Assembly (NCBI GenBank): GCA_964536835.1
Contig: CAZIAZ010000002.1
Span: forward strand, 4,912-68,911
DNA: 64,000 nt
Reading direction: 5' to 3'
From: an uncultured Planctomycetaceae bacterium
Lineage (GTDB): Bacteria; Planctomycetota; Phycisphaerae; SM23-33
Positions within the stretch are counted from its first letter, which is position 1; each line of letters starts with the position of its first letter. The notes beneath the pieces are model-generated. The model worked only from the letters and a program-made list of their open reading frames with translations. It did no database searches and was not told the DNA's origin. A program made the translations under genes and the position numbers. This document shows positions 38,761-50,331 of this stretch, piece after piece.

Positions 38761-39291
38761 ATGCAAAATGGAAAGATGATGAAACAGGTTTTGTGGCTGA
38801 ATATTCTGCCGGCGATTATAGGCCTTCTGCTGACGGCTGGCTGCGCAAGTAAGCCGAAACAGAATGTTCAGATGGACACGTCCGAACTGAATCCACCGGC
38901 GGAGTCGACAGCCGCGAATGCTCCCGCCGTAGCCGACGAACCGGTTGCGCCGGCCACTGCCGCACCCGTAACGACGGAGGCTGCCTATAAGCCCGCGCCA
39001 TCGCCGGCACCGTTGAATCCAGACGCTGAAAAACCCAAACCTTCGCCCAGGCCTATCAGAAAAGTTGAACCGGCCACGCTTACCGAAGCAATGAATACCC
39101 CAAAAAAACCAGCCGCTTCGTCGAAAGTGAACTATTACATAGTTCGACATGACGACACTTTCTGGAGCATATCACGTCGCGTGTACGGCTCGGGCAAATA
39201 TTGGAAAACCATTCAGGACGCAAATCCGGATGTCAGCCCCGAACGACTGATGGTCGGCCAAAAAATCGTAATTCCCGAAATCGCAAAATAA
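38761..39291 (+). CDS. LysM-domain lipoprotein with a Pro/Ala-rich linker
   Basis: Lipobox LLTAGCAS. The C-terminal LysM is YYIVRHDDTFWSISRRVYGSGKYWKTIQDANP. SD gaaaggat. Confidence 0.65.
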   Translation: MQNGKMMKQVLWLNILPAIIGLLLTAGCASKPKQNVQMDTSELNPPAESTAANAPAVADEPVAPATAAPVTTEAAYKPAPSPAPLNPDAEKPKPSPRPIRKVEPATLTEAMNTPKKPAASSKVNYYIVRHDDTFWSISRRVYGSGKYWKTIQDANPDVSPERLMVGQKIVIPEIAK

Positions 39292-39411
39292 AAATCTTTA
39301 CCTTTTCGCTTTGTATACGGAAATCTGTTAAACTGGAGCAGTTCTCAAAACTCTTTTGCCTTTGGGAACTGCTCCAGTCAGTTTGAAAAACTAAAAATGA
39401 AAGGATTTTTT

Positions 39412-40194
39412 ATGGTTAAAGTCTGGAACGCTCTGCCGTATGTCGTACTTGCATGCATTTTGGCGATAATCTGCTACTGTACATGCGGCGGCGGCGAAAA
39501 AAACATGGGTCTCAAGATAACCAGTGAAGACGGCTTTATCGAATGGGGCACTTGCGTGGCGTTCGGCATTACCGGTCTGCTGGGCATGTGCGCGGCGGTT
39601 ATGAAACGGAAAATGCTTACAAAAAATCAATTAATCTTTCTGGTAGTGTTTTCGATAATATGCTTTTTAGCCGTCGGGGAAGAACTCAGCTGGGGTGAGC
39701 GGATATTCGGATTCGCTCCGCCGGAAAACATGGAAACCACGTCCAGCTCGGCAGTCACGTTCGGACATAACGACGTTACGATGCATAATCTGGACTTCAA
39801 ATTCGGCAAGGTCAGTTTTTCAATCGGCGGAATGCTTTTCGGCGTGACGCTTATCGTGGCGTTAGCCATCCACGGCATAGTGCTGCCGATATTGTATAAA
39901 AAACGTCATCCGAAAATCGTAAAATTCGTCGACAAACTCGGCCTTTTTCTGCCGCCGCTGAACTTCGGCATACTCGTTACCGCCGCCGCACTGATGTTTT
40001 ACATCCTTAGAAGAACAACCATCGACGATATGACCGAGCCGAACGAATTTAAGGAATTTTTCGTGCCCGTCGTTTATGCAGCCATTGTCGCCGTCACGTT
40101 TTTTAACGGAAAAACCAAAGGCGAACGGGTCTGCCTTGAATTTCTTTTTATCCTCTTCATGCTCGGCATAACCGCGAGCGTAACTAAAATGTAA
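39412..40194 (+). CDS. hypothetical polytopic membrane protein
   Basis: About 7 hydrophobic segments. It has the same gaaaggatttttt-ATG initiation context as the LysM gene. The table ORF starts at 39397. Confidence 0.4.
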   Translation: MVKVWNALPYVVLACILAIICYCTCGGGEKNMGLKITSEDGFIEWGTCVAFGITGLLGMCAAVMKRKMLTKNQLIFLVVFSIICFLAVGEELSWGERIFGFAPPENMETTSSSAVTFGHNDVTMHNLDFKFGKVSFSIGGMLFGVTLIVALAIHGIVLPILYKKRHPKIVKFVDKLGLFLPPLNFGILVTAAALMFYILRRTTIDDMTEPNEFKEFFVPVVYAAIVAVTFFNGKTKGERVCLEFLFILFMLGITASVTKM

Positions 40195-40200
40195 TTCGCT

Positions 40201-41259
40201 GTGCATGAAATGGAAAAGCGAATCGTAATATTGGGTTTTGAAAGCAGTTGCGATGAAACCGCAGTTTCGCTCGTAGTTGACGGCCGAAAAGTTCTTTCGG
40301 ACGTCGTTGCCAGCCAGATAGACCAGCACCGCCGTTACGGCGGCGTCGTGCCGGAACTCGCCAGCCGCGCACACGTCGAAGCCGTCAATACCGTCCTGGC
40401 CGACGCTCTCGCGCAAAGCGGAATAAAACGCGACGAGATATCCGCCGTCGCCGTCACGCATCAGCCGGGGCTAATCGGTTCATTGCTGGTTGGATTGATG
40501 GCGGCAAAAACGACGGCGTGGCTGCTCGGCGTGCCGCTGATTGGAGTAAATCACGTCTGCGCGCACGCATACGCCGCCGCACTGGACGACGAACCCATCA
40601 ACTACCCAGCCGTCGCACTCGTATGTTCGGGCGGCCATACGTCGCTGTATCATCTTCAATCGCCGACGAAAATGGAACTGCTCGGCAGCACCATCGACGA
40701 CGCAGCCGGCGAAGCCTACGACAAGGTGGCATCCATACTTCATCTGGGTTTTCCAGGCGGACCGGTTATCGACAGGGCAGCCCGCCGCGGCAATGGCCAT
40801 GCCGTGGATTTTCCACGCACGCTGCTCAAAGGCCAGTCGCTCGACTTTTCATTCAGCGGCATAAAGACGGCTGTCCTGTATCACGTCAACGGCGTGCCGA
40901 ACGCAAAGACCGACAACGGTCATGCGAAGGGCATTGAAAACTTTTCATCGCAGGAAGTGGACGACATCGCCGCCAGTTTCCAGGACGCCGTAACCGATAT
41001 CCTCACCATCAAAATGCGGCGTGCCGCCAAAATCACCGGCGCCAGGACGCTTATACTTGGCGGCGGCGTGGCAGCAAACTCAGGCCTTCGTGAAAAAGCA
41101 CAAAAAGTAGCAGATAAAATCGGCTGTACGCTGCGGCGGCCGCCGATGAAATACTGCACCGACAACGCAGCCATGATTGCCGGGTTGGGATATCACCTGC
41201 TGCTCGCCGGCCAAATCGCCGATTTACGATTATCCGCCACGCCGACTGTGCGCATATAG
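40201..41259 (+). CDS. tsaD: tRNA N6-adenosine threonylcarbamoyltransferase
   Basis: Kae1/TsaD N-terminus ILGFESSCDETAVSLV. The metal-binding His pair lies in VNHVCAHAYAA. The start may be the ATG at 40210. Confidence 0.85.
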   Translation: MHEMEKRIVILGFESSCDETAVSLVVDGRKVLSDVVASQIDQHRRYGGVVPELASRAHVEAVNTVLADALAQSGIKRDEISAVAVTHQPGLIGSLLVGLMAAKTTAWLLGVPLIGVNHVCAHAYAAALDDEPINYPAVALVCSGGHTSLYHLQSPTKMELLGSTIDDAAGEAYDKVASILHLGFPGGPVIDRAARRGNGHAVDFPRTLLKGQSLDFSFSGIKTAVLYHVNGVPNAKTDNGHAKGIENFSSQEVDDIAASFQDAVTDILTIKMRRAAKITGARTLILGGGVAANSGLREKAQKVADKIGCTLRRPPMKYCTDNAAMIAGLGYHLLLAGQIADLRLSATPTVRI

Positions 41260-41338
41260 AGCGGTTTTTAAAAAATTTAAAAAGTGCCCGCCAAAAATTT
41301 TGGGGATTATAGCCGTTCACAAAAATCCTCCGACTATA

Positions 41339-42694
41339 ATGTCTTGCATGGCATGGCAATCGAGAATTCGCGTCTTCTCCTCAAAAACCGCCCGCAACGA
41401 CGGCAGATATGTGCTTTACTGGATGCAGCAGTCGCAACGAACCCGTTATAACCATGCGTTGGAATATGCAACGGAAGAAGCCAACCGGCTTGGCCGGCCG
41501 CTGATGGTTGCATTTTGCGTTGCTGCGTATCCGCAGGCTAATGTCCGGCATTACGCGTTCATGCTGCAAGGCATAGACGAAGTGCGTCGCGAACTTGAAA
41601 AACGTCATGCCTGTTTCATAACGAGAATCGGCCAACCGTCCGACTTAATAAGCGAACTCGCCAAACCAGCCGCCCTGCTCATAACCGACAGAGGTTACAC
41701 CCCCATACAATCTCGCTGGCGGCAGGATGTCTGTAAAAATTGCGACGTACCAGTAATTGAAGTCGAGTCGGACGTCGTCGTTCCAGTCGATATCGCCAGT
41801 GACAAACGGGAATATTCGGCGGCTACGCTCAGGCGGAAGATAACTCCGCTTATCGACGAATATCTTTTGTTGCCGCGGCAGCGCAGCCTGAAAATCGCGG
41901 CTGACGCCATCAATGAAAAATCCGACGATATTTCTCTCAAAAACGTTACGAAAAAATTGCATCTTGACGCATCCGTCTCCCCTGTCGACGGTTTTTGTGG
42001 CGGATATTCGCAGGCGGAAAAGCGTCTGACTGAATTCGTGTCAAAAAAACTCCGCGGTTACGACGAATTGCGCAATGACCCGACGAAAAATTTTACGAGC
42101 GGCCTCAGCGCGTATATGCATTTCGGCCAGATTTCGCCGATAGAAATCGCCCTTGCCGTCAAAACCGCCGATGCGCCAAAACCTGACCGCGATGCCTTTC
42201 TTGAACAGTTGACAGTCCGCCGTGAACTGGCGATGAATTTCCTGCGATTCTGTCAGAAAGCGGATGATTATGAATCATTGCCAGGCTGGGCGCGTGCCAC
42301 GCTTGAGTCGCACGACAAAGACCGCAAAAAAACATACACGCTCCGGCAGCTCGAACAGGCCTCCACTGTCGATGAATATTGGAACGCAGCCCAACGACAG
42401 CTTGTACGAACCGGAACAATACATAACTACATGCGGATGTATTGGGGCAAAAAAATCCTCGAGTGGGCGCCGTCGGCGAAACTTGGATTTGAATGGTGCG
42501 TACATCTGAACGACCGTTACGCACTGGACGGCCGCGACGCTAACAGTTATGCGGGAATTGCGTGGTGCTTCGGCAATCATGACCGGCCGTGGAGCGAGCG
42601 GCCTATTTACGGCAACGTGCGATGTATGACGGCAGGCGGACTTGAAAGAAAATTCGACATCCGCAGTTATGCGAAAATGTGGAGCGAGCCATAG
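41339..42694 (+). CDS. class II CPD deoxyribodipyrimidine photolyase-like protein
   Basis: N-terminal GRYVLYWMQQSQRTRYNHALEYA. A C-terminal FAD-binding-like region has WNAAQRQLVRTGTIHNYMRMYW. The start is set to the ATG at 41339. The table ORF begins at 41177 inside tsaD. Confidence 0.65.
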   Translation: MSCMAWQSRIRVFSSKTARNDGRYVLYWMQQSQRTRYNHALEYATEEANRLGRPLMVAFCVAAYPQANVRHYAFMLQGIDEVRRELEKRHACFITRIGQPSDLISELAKPAALLITDRGYTPIQSRWRQDVCKNCDVPVIEVESDVVVPVDIASDKREYSAATLRRKITPLIDEYLLLPRQRSLKIAADAINEKSDDISLKNVTKKLHLDASVSPVDGFCGGYSQAEKRLTEFVSKKLRGYDELRNDPTKNFTSGLSAYMHFGQISPIEIALAVKTADAPKPDRDAFLEQLTVRRELAMNFLRFCQKADDYESLPGWARATLESHDKDRKKTYTLRQLEQASTVDEYWNAAQRQLVRTGTIHNYMRMYWGKKILEWAPSAKLGFEWCVHLNDRYALDGRDANSYAGIAWCFGNHDRPWSERPIYGNVRCMTAGGLERKFDIRSYAKMWSEP

Positions 42695-42727
42695 CAACAA
42701 ATGGTGTCGTACGTTATCTTTGAAAAT

Positions 42728-42777
42728 AGAACCTATCCCAAGAACATGGGCGTTGCCATTGGTGGATAGGTGCTATT
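42728..42777. repeat. third copy of the TAGAACCTATCCCAAgAACATGGGCGTtGCC repeat, with a downstream partial inverted partner (ggatagg)
   Basis: Direct comparison with 628..658 and 1811..1841. Confidence 0.55.
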
Positions 42778-42783
42778 TAAAAA

Positions 42784-42815
42784 CCCCGTCTCGACGGTCA
42801 AGACGGGGTTTCGTG
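42784..42815. terminator. stem-loop terminator between the convergent photolyase and porin genes (ccccgtctcgac / gtcaagacgggg)
   Basis: An 11-12-bp stem with TTTT on the minus-strand side and ttt on the plus-strand side. Confidence 0.5.
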
Positions 42816-42853
42816 CAATGGCCTATAAAAAGGCTGTATTCAGAAGAATTTGT

Positions 42854-44191
42854 CTAAAATTTCCATTCGACGTCAAACAGGGTTGTTACGTCGGTCGGGC
42901 CTGCCATCGGGCCAGCGATATCCTGGGTAAGGAAGACCTTGCCGCCGACGGTCAGGAAATCGGCAAGATTGTACTTGGCGTCGATTACATGGCCCTTCTT
43001 GTTGACGTAGCCGAAATCACTGTCGGCAAAATAACCAGGCGTGGCGTTGGCTTCGATATATGCGTATTTATAGCCGACCGACCAATCGCCCTTTTTCTTG
43101 TTGTTGCCGAACTTATATCCGACCGCATAAGCCTTGTTCTGATTCTTGTAATCGTAATTCGGGTCATCGTCGGCACAGTTATAGGCCCAGTCGAAATAAG
43201 CCTTGTTTTCTTTGCCAAGAAATTTGAACTTAAACTCGTTGGTCAAGTTAAAAACCCTGAATGCACCGGCGGCAAGATTCTTGTCCGAATCAACGTCATT
43301 GCCGTTGGCGGCGCCGTAGTTATAGGAATATTGATAATTATCCCATACGTAATAGTTGGCTGCCAGCGTCCATTTGAAATCTTTGGCCAACTCCCAGTCA
43401 AAGCCCAATTCAAAGTCCGCCATCGTGCAGTCGTTATAATCATACTGCGAGTTTTCCTTGACGATAAAGTAACCGGCGCCAACGAACGGCTTGAATCCGC
43501 CAGGCAGTTGTGAATATTTATATTGTGCCCAAAAACCTTCCGGATTTACGTCGTCGTCCCATATCATATCCGTATGCACCATGGGGGTGGGCATCTTGCC
43601 GCCGATGACTTCCAGCCCTTTTAGAAATTTGGGCGTATATTTGACGTACGCCTGATCCAGCCAGATGTCTTTTTTGCTGAAATCGTTAGTCATCGTCACG
43701 TTGGTTGACGTCGGTTCATTATTTCCAGGATATTTGGTATCATAATCGCCCGTCGCCAGCCGTGCCGCCACCAGGAACTGGTCATCCAGCAGGGTCTTTT
43801 CAAATCCTATACGAAAGCGGATTCGCGACCGATTGCGCCACGGCTTGGATTTATCCTTGTCAACCGTCTGATTATATCCGCGGTAGCTTTGGCCTTGATA
43901 GCGCAGCCTTAAATCACCGCTAATTTTAAAGCCGTGCAGCCAATCCACATTGCCGATATCGTCGGCAACCTTGTAGAGTTTGTCTTCATTCGCCCGCTGT
44001 TTTTCGAGAAGCTCGGCAACGTCGACCTGTTGATTTTTGAGCTGTTTGAGTTCTTTCTGCTGGGCTTCGAGTTGTGCCTGCAACTGCTTTATGGTAGCCT
44101 GCACCTCTTCATCCGCCGCCTGAGCGTCGGCCATCCCAATCCATGCCGCCAACACGGCGGCAATGACGCTGAAAACGATTCTTTTTCTCAT
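42854..44191 (-). CDS. outer-membrane beta-barrel protein with an N-terminal coiled coil (DcaP-like putative porin)
   Basis: Signal peptide. A ~60-aa coiled coil (QATIKQLQAQLEAQQKELKQLKNQQ) follows. The remainder has alternating aromatic beta-strand pattern and a C-terminal ...DVEWKF. Confidence 0.5.
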   Translation of the reverse strand: MRKRIVFSVIAAVLAAWIGMADAQAADEEVQATIKQLQAQLEAQQKELKQLKNQQVDVAELLEKQRANEDKLYKVADDIGNVDWLHGFKISGDLRLRYQGQSYRGYNQTVDKDKSKPWRNRSRIRFRIGFEKTLLDDQFLVAARLATGDYDTKYPGNNEPTSTNVTMTNDFSKKDIWLDQAYVKYTPKFLKGLEVIGGKMPTPMVHTDMIWDDDVNPEGFWAQYKYSQLPGGFKPFVGAGYFIVKENSQYDYNDCTMADFELGFDWELAKDFKWTLAANYYVWDNYQYSYNYGAANGNDVDSDKNLAAGAFRVFNLTNEFKFKFLGKENKAYFDWAYNCADDDPNYDYKNQNKAYAVGYKFGNNKKKGDWSVGYKYAYIEANATPGYFADSDFGYVNKKGHVIDAKYNLADFLTVGGKVFLTQDIAGPMAGPTDVTTLFDVEWKF

Positions 44192-44516
44192 TTATCTATC
44201 CTTTACGAAAATGACCATATCCGGCCGACCGTCAGCCTGATTTCTCAATGAAAAGTTAAAGAATTGAAATTAAGAAAGTATTAGGATGTGTCTAAGAACC
44301 CATTAAATAAGACCACCGGTTGAGGTTGGTTTTTGACAGACGACTCTCGTCAGACGACAACCTGCCATATCGGCAAAAATTCAGCTTTTTTTGCGCATTT
44401 GGGCAGTTTTCGACAAACGACAAAAGTGCTATTTGTTTTGTAACTTCTTTAGTGTACGCGTATTATGTGCTTTGGCATTATGCTTGCTGCTATAAAAGAA
44501 CCTGCGAGGTGTATTT

Positions 44517-44975
44517 ATGGTATTGGCGTTGAAGGACAACTCGGCTCCGCTAGAATTGGTAGTTACCGGCGAGGTTGCCAGTTGGCTGCCGGCGCTGGAG
44601 CAGGTGGTAGGGCCGAATTGGCTCAAGACGCGGCGTGTGCGCAGCGGCCATGAATTGTTGGAGGTCGTCCGCCACGGCCGAGCCGACGCTGCCGTATTGG
44701 ACGACGAATGCGACTGGGACCTGGATGTGCTGCAAATGCTCCGGATGCTTCGCCAGCTTGACAGGTCGTTGCAGGTTGTGGTCGTTACACACCACACGGA
44801 AAGGCAGTGGATGGAAGCTGCGTTGAAGCTGGCGGCATACAGCGTTTTGACCAAGCCGCTGGGCTTTGAGCCGCTGGTACGACAGATTCACGGCATAATG
44901 CTCAAAATGCACAAGCAGCTTAACTCGCAGCCTACCGCAATCATGAAACTTGATGATTGGAATAAAAACTGGTAA
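44517..44975 (+). CDS. stand-alone atypical (pseudo-)receiver domain protein
   Basis: REC-like layout has a candidate phospho-Asp in VLDDECDWD, a VVVVT segment and a K in TKPLGFEPL. The N-terminal acidic pair is missing. Confidence 0.4.
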   Translation: MVLALKDNSAPLELVVTGEVASWLPALEQVVGPNWLKTRRVRSGHELLEVVRHGRADAAVLDDECDWDLDVLQMLRMLRQLDRSLQVVVVTHHTERQWMEAALKLAAYSVLTKPLGFEPLVRQIHGIMLKMHKQLNSQPTAIMKLDDWNKNW

Positions 44976-44981
44976 AAATTT

Positions 44982-45168
44982 GCCTGTCCGCCCGACGGCG
45001 GATGTTTTTTTTCTACGATTTTTGTTAAAAAAACGTAGGATTAAGACGGACATAATGAATCTCTACGGGTTAAAACCCGTAGCATCATAGTCATCAGGCT
45101 TTCGCCTGTCCGCCTCACGGCGGATACTTTCATCTACGGTTTAAAAACCGTAGAATTAAGACGGACAT
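44982..45168. repeat. two ~70-bp hairpin-rich direct repeats (gcctgtccgccNNacggcggat...ctacgNttt..aaaNcgtagRattaagacggacata) flanking a perfect hairpin (ctacgggttaaaacccgtag)
   Basis: Read directly. Each unit contains a GC stem (tccgcc/ggcgga) and an AT-rich stem (ctacg..cgtag). The unit ends are inverted (gtccg...cggac). Confidence 0.65.
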
Positions 45169-45182
45169 ATTAAAAAAACGCG

Positions 45183-45216
45183 TTGAAAAGGCAAAAGGAA
45201 ATAACATCGTTTTGAG
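45183..45216 (+). promoter_or_regulatory. possible heat-shock (sigma-32-like) promoter for groES (TTGAAA-N14-aaCATcgT)
   Basis: The -35 TTGAAA matches the sigma-32 consensus. The -10 is only a partial CCCCATNT match. SD gaggaga at 45214. Confidence 0.25.
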
Positions 45217-45226
45217 GAGACAGAAA

Positions 45227-45538
45227 ATGGCTAAAGCCAAATGCACGAAATGTAAAATTCGCCCCCTGGGTGACAAGGTCCTGGTAAAGCGTCTGGAGGC
45301 GGAATCCATCACAGCCGGCGGCATAGTCCTGCCCGATACCGCCAAGGAAAAACCCAAGCAGGGAACGGTTCTCGCCGTCGGCGAAGGCAGCCTGAACAAG
45401 GACGGCAGCCGTACCCCCCTTCAGGTCAAAACCGGCGATACTGTCCTGTTTACCAGCTACGCCGGAACTACCGTCAAAATCGACGGCGACGAACTCATGC
45501 TCATGGATGAGAGCGACATCCTGGCAATCATTGACTAA
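45227..45538 (+). CDS. groES: co-chaperonin GroES
   Basis: [44 protein letters not shown]. 103 aa. Confidence 0.9.
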   Translation: MAKAKCTKCKIRPLGDKVLVKRLEAESITAGGIVLPDTAKEKPKQGTVLAVGEGSLNKDGSRTPLQVKTGDTVLFTSYAGTTVKIDGDELMLMDESDILAIID

Positions 45539-45633
45539 ATAATTGTTAGGACAGCTTTCTGACTTGAGGATAGGATTCCTCTAGCCGCCACTCAAGCTGC
45601 CCATTTAGTTATCTCTTTTCAGGAGTATTAATT

Positions 45634-45924
45634 ATGGCAAAGGCAGCTGGAATTTTCATGGATGTAACAACGAGATGGGCGGAAAAGCTTCAAGTCGATA
45701 TGACGGTTCTCGAATGGGCATTCGACAATCTTAGACATAATGCATCTAACGAAGGATGTCATAATTTCCCATCAAGAGATGATGTAGCCTCTAATGACAT
45801 TTTCTTTAATGCAGTTCGCCGAATGTATGAAATAAGAACTGGCAGAGTGCTTGAAAAAAGTGAATATCCTATGCTCAGAAGAATGATTCTAAAAGTACAT
45901 AAACAAGGTAAAACCCCAAGATAA
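45634..45924 (+). CDS. hypothetical 96-aa protein in a low-GC insertion between groES and groEL
   Basis: Own SD (aggagt). The start context nearly duplicates that of groEL (aggagNattaNNNATGGCAAAG). GC is visibly lower than in both chaperonin genes. Confidence 0.35.
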   Translation: MAKAAGIFMDVTTRWAEKLQVDMTVLEWAFDNLRHNASNEGCHNFPSRDDVASNDIFFNAVRRMYEIRTGRVLEKSEYPMLRRMILKVHKQGKTPR

Positions 45925-45946
45925 TTGCAGCTAGGAGATTATTGAA

Positions 45947-47584
45947 ATGGCAAAGAAGAAAATAATATTTGACGTAGATGCCCGTTCGAGCATTCTCAAG
46001 GGCGTCAAACAGCTGGCGAGAGCCGTCAAGGTCACCCTCGGTCCTACCGGCCGTGTTGTAGTACTGCAGAAAAGTTTCGGCAGCCCGACCGTCACAAAAG
46101 ACGGCGTGAGCGTAGCCAAGGAAATAGAGCTGGCCGACCCGAATGAAAACATGGGCGCCCAGATGGTCAAGGAAGTCGCGTCAAAGACGTCGGATATCGC
46201 AGGCGACGGCACGACGACCGCGACCATTTACGCCGAAGCCATCTTTGAAGAAGGCCTTAAAAATGTAACCGCCGGTGCAAATTCAATGGAACTCAAGCGC
46301 GGCATCGATAAAGCCGTCGCCGCAATCATCGACGAACTCGGCACACTCTCCAATCCCGTCAAGAGTTCAAAAGAGGTCGCACAGGTCGGCGCCTGCTCGG
46401 CCAACCAGGACGCCGAAATCGGCAAAATGATTGCAGATGCAATGGACAAGGTCGGCAAGGACGGCGTAATCACGGTCGAGGAAGGCAAATCGCTCGACAC
46501 CTATGTTGACCTCGTCGAAGGCATGCAGTTCGACAAGGGCTACATCAGCCCCCATTTCGTGACGGACATGGCCGCCATGGAATGCAAACTTGAAAAACCA
46601 CTTATCCTGATATATGAGAAAAAACTCACAGCCATCAAGGACCTTGTGCCGCTTTTGGAAAAAATCGCACAAGCCGGCCGGCCGCTCGTCATCATCGCGG
46701 AAGACGTCGAAGGCGAGGCGCTGGCGACGCTGGTAGTGAACCGTCTGCGCGGCACGTTCCAGTGCGTGGCGGTCAAGGCCCCGGGCTTCGGCGACCGTCG
46801 CAAGGAAATGCTGCGTGACATCGCAACGCTCACCGGCGGCAAAGCCATCATGGAAGACATGGGCATCAGCCTTGAAAACATCCAGATGACCGACCTCGGC
46901 ACAGCCAAGGAAATCCGCGTCGCAAAAGATACCACGACCATAATCGAAGGCGCAGGCAAGGAAAGCGACATCAGAGGCCGTATCGAACAGATAAAGACCC
47001 AGATTGAAACCACCACCAGCGATTATGACCGTGAAAAACTCGAAGAGCGTCTGGCCAAGCTCGCCGGCGGCGTCGCCCGCATCAACGTCGGCTCAGCCAC
47101 CGAAGTCGAGATGAAGGAAAAGAAAGCCCGCGTCGAAGACGCCCTGCACGCCTGCCGGGCCGCAGTTGAAGAAGGCATTCTGCCTGGCGGCGGCACAGCT
47201 GTGCTGGCTGCCGTCAAAGTCCTCGACAAGGTCAAGACGTCAAACGAAGACGAAAAGACCGGCGTGGATATAATTCGCCGCGCATTGTCGGCGCCAATCA
47301 AGCAGATAGCCGCCAACAGCGGTCTGGACGGCAGCGTCGTAGCGATGAAAGTTATGGAAAATCCCGAAAAAATCGCCAATTTCGGCTATAACGCGTTAAC
47401 CGGCAAATATTGCGACCTCGTGAAAGACGGCGTAATTGTGCCGACCAAGGTTGAACGCTCAGCCCTGCAGAACGCCGCCAGCGTTGCCGGCCTTCTGCTG
47501 ACCACTGACGCTGTCATCTCCGATTTGCCTGAAAAGAAAGACAAACCCGCCATGCCCGGCGGCGGCATGGATGACATGATGTAA
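45947..47584 (+). CDS. groL: chaperonin GroEL
   Basis: Canonical GroEL sequence throughout, with the C-terminal GGM-type tail (PGGGMDDMM). Confidence 0.95.
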   Translation: MAKKKIIFDVDARSSILKGVKQLARAVKVTLGPTGRVVVLQKSFGSPTVTKDGVSVAKEIELADPNENMGAQMVKEVASKTSDIAGDGTTTATIYAEAIFEEGLKNVTAGANSMELKRGIDKAVAAIIDELGTLSNPVKSSKEVAQVGACSANQDAEIGKMIADAMDKVGKDGVITVEEGKSLDTYVDLVEGMQFDKGYISPHFVTDMAAMECKLEKPLILIYEKKLTAIKDLVPLLEKIAQAGRPLVIIAEDVEGEALATLVVNRLRGTFQCVAVKAPGFGDRRKEMLRDIATLTGGKAIMEDMGISLENIQMTDLGTAKEIRVAKDTTTIIEGAGKESDIRGRIEQIKTQIETTTSDYDREKLEERLAKLAGGVARINVGSATEVEMKEKKARVEDALHACRAAVEEGILPGGGTAVLAAVKVLDKVKTSNEDEKTGVDIIRRALSAPIKQIAANSGLDGSVVAMKVMENPEKIANFGYNALTGKYCDLVKDGVIVPTKVERSALQNAASVAGLLLTTDAVISDLPEKKDKPAMPGGGMDDMM

Positions 47585-47605
47585 TCAAACATCCCCTCAA
47601 AATAA

Positions 47606-47655
47606 AAGGCCTGTCGATATTTATCAAAAATGTCGGCAGGCCTTTTTGTTTTGTT
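47606..47655. terminator. intrinsic terminator after groEL, possibly bidirectional with gyrB
   Basis: Imperfect 13-bp stem (ggcctgtcgatat / atgtcggcaggcc) followed by tttttgttttgtt. Confidence 0.55.
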
Positions 47656-47675
47656 ATAAAAAACAGAGAATCGCT

Positions 47676-50192
<2,517 letters not shown>

Positions 50193-50331
50193 CTATCGTA
50201 AAAACAAATCCGCCGGGCTGCCGATTTGCGGTTAGCCGACGAAAAAATCAATCCTTTACGAATCACGATATTATGACAGAAACGGCAGAAAAAAGCGAGT
50301 GATTTTCGCCTTCTTTTATGTGAAAAAATCC

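Noticed and set aside
42770-43513. 247-aa plus-strand ORF
   Set aside because: It is antisense to the porin gene. Its Val/Ile-rich composition is typical of a mirror frame of beta-barrel codons.
45100-45230. CIRCE or HAIR heat-shock operator upstream of groES
   Set aside because: Neither TTAGCACTC-N9-GAGTGCTAA nor CTTGAGT-N7-ACTCAAG is present. Only a widely spaced CTTGAG/CTCAAG pair lies downstream of groES.
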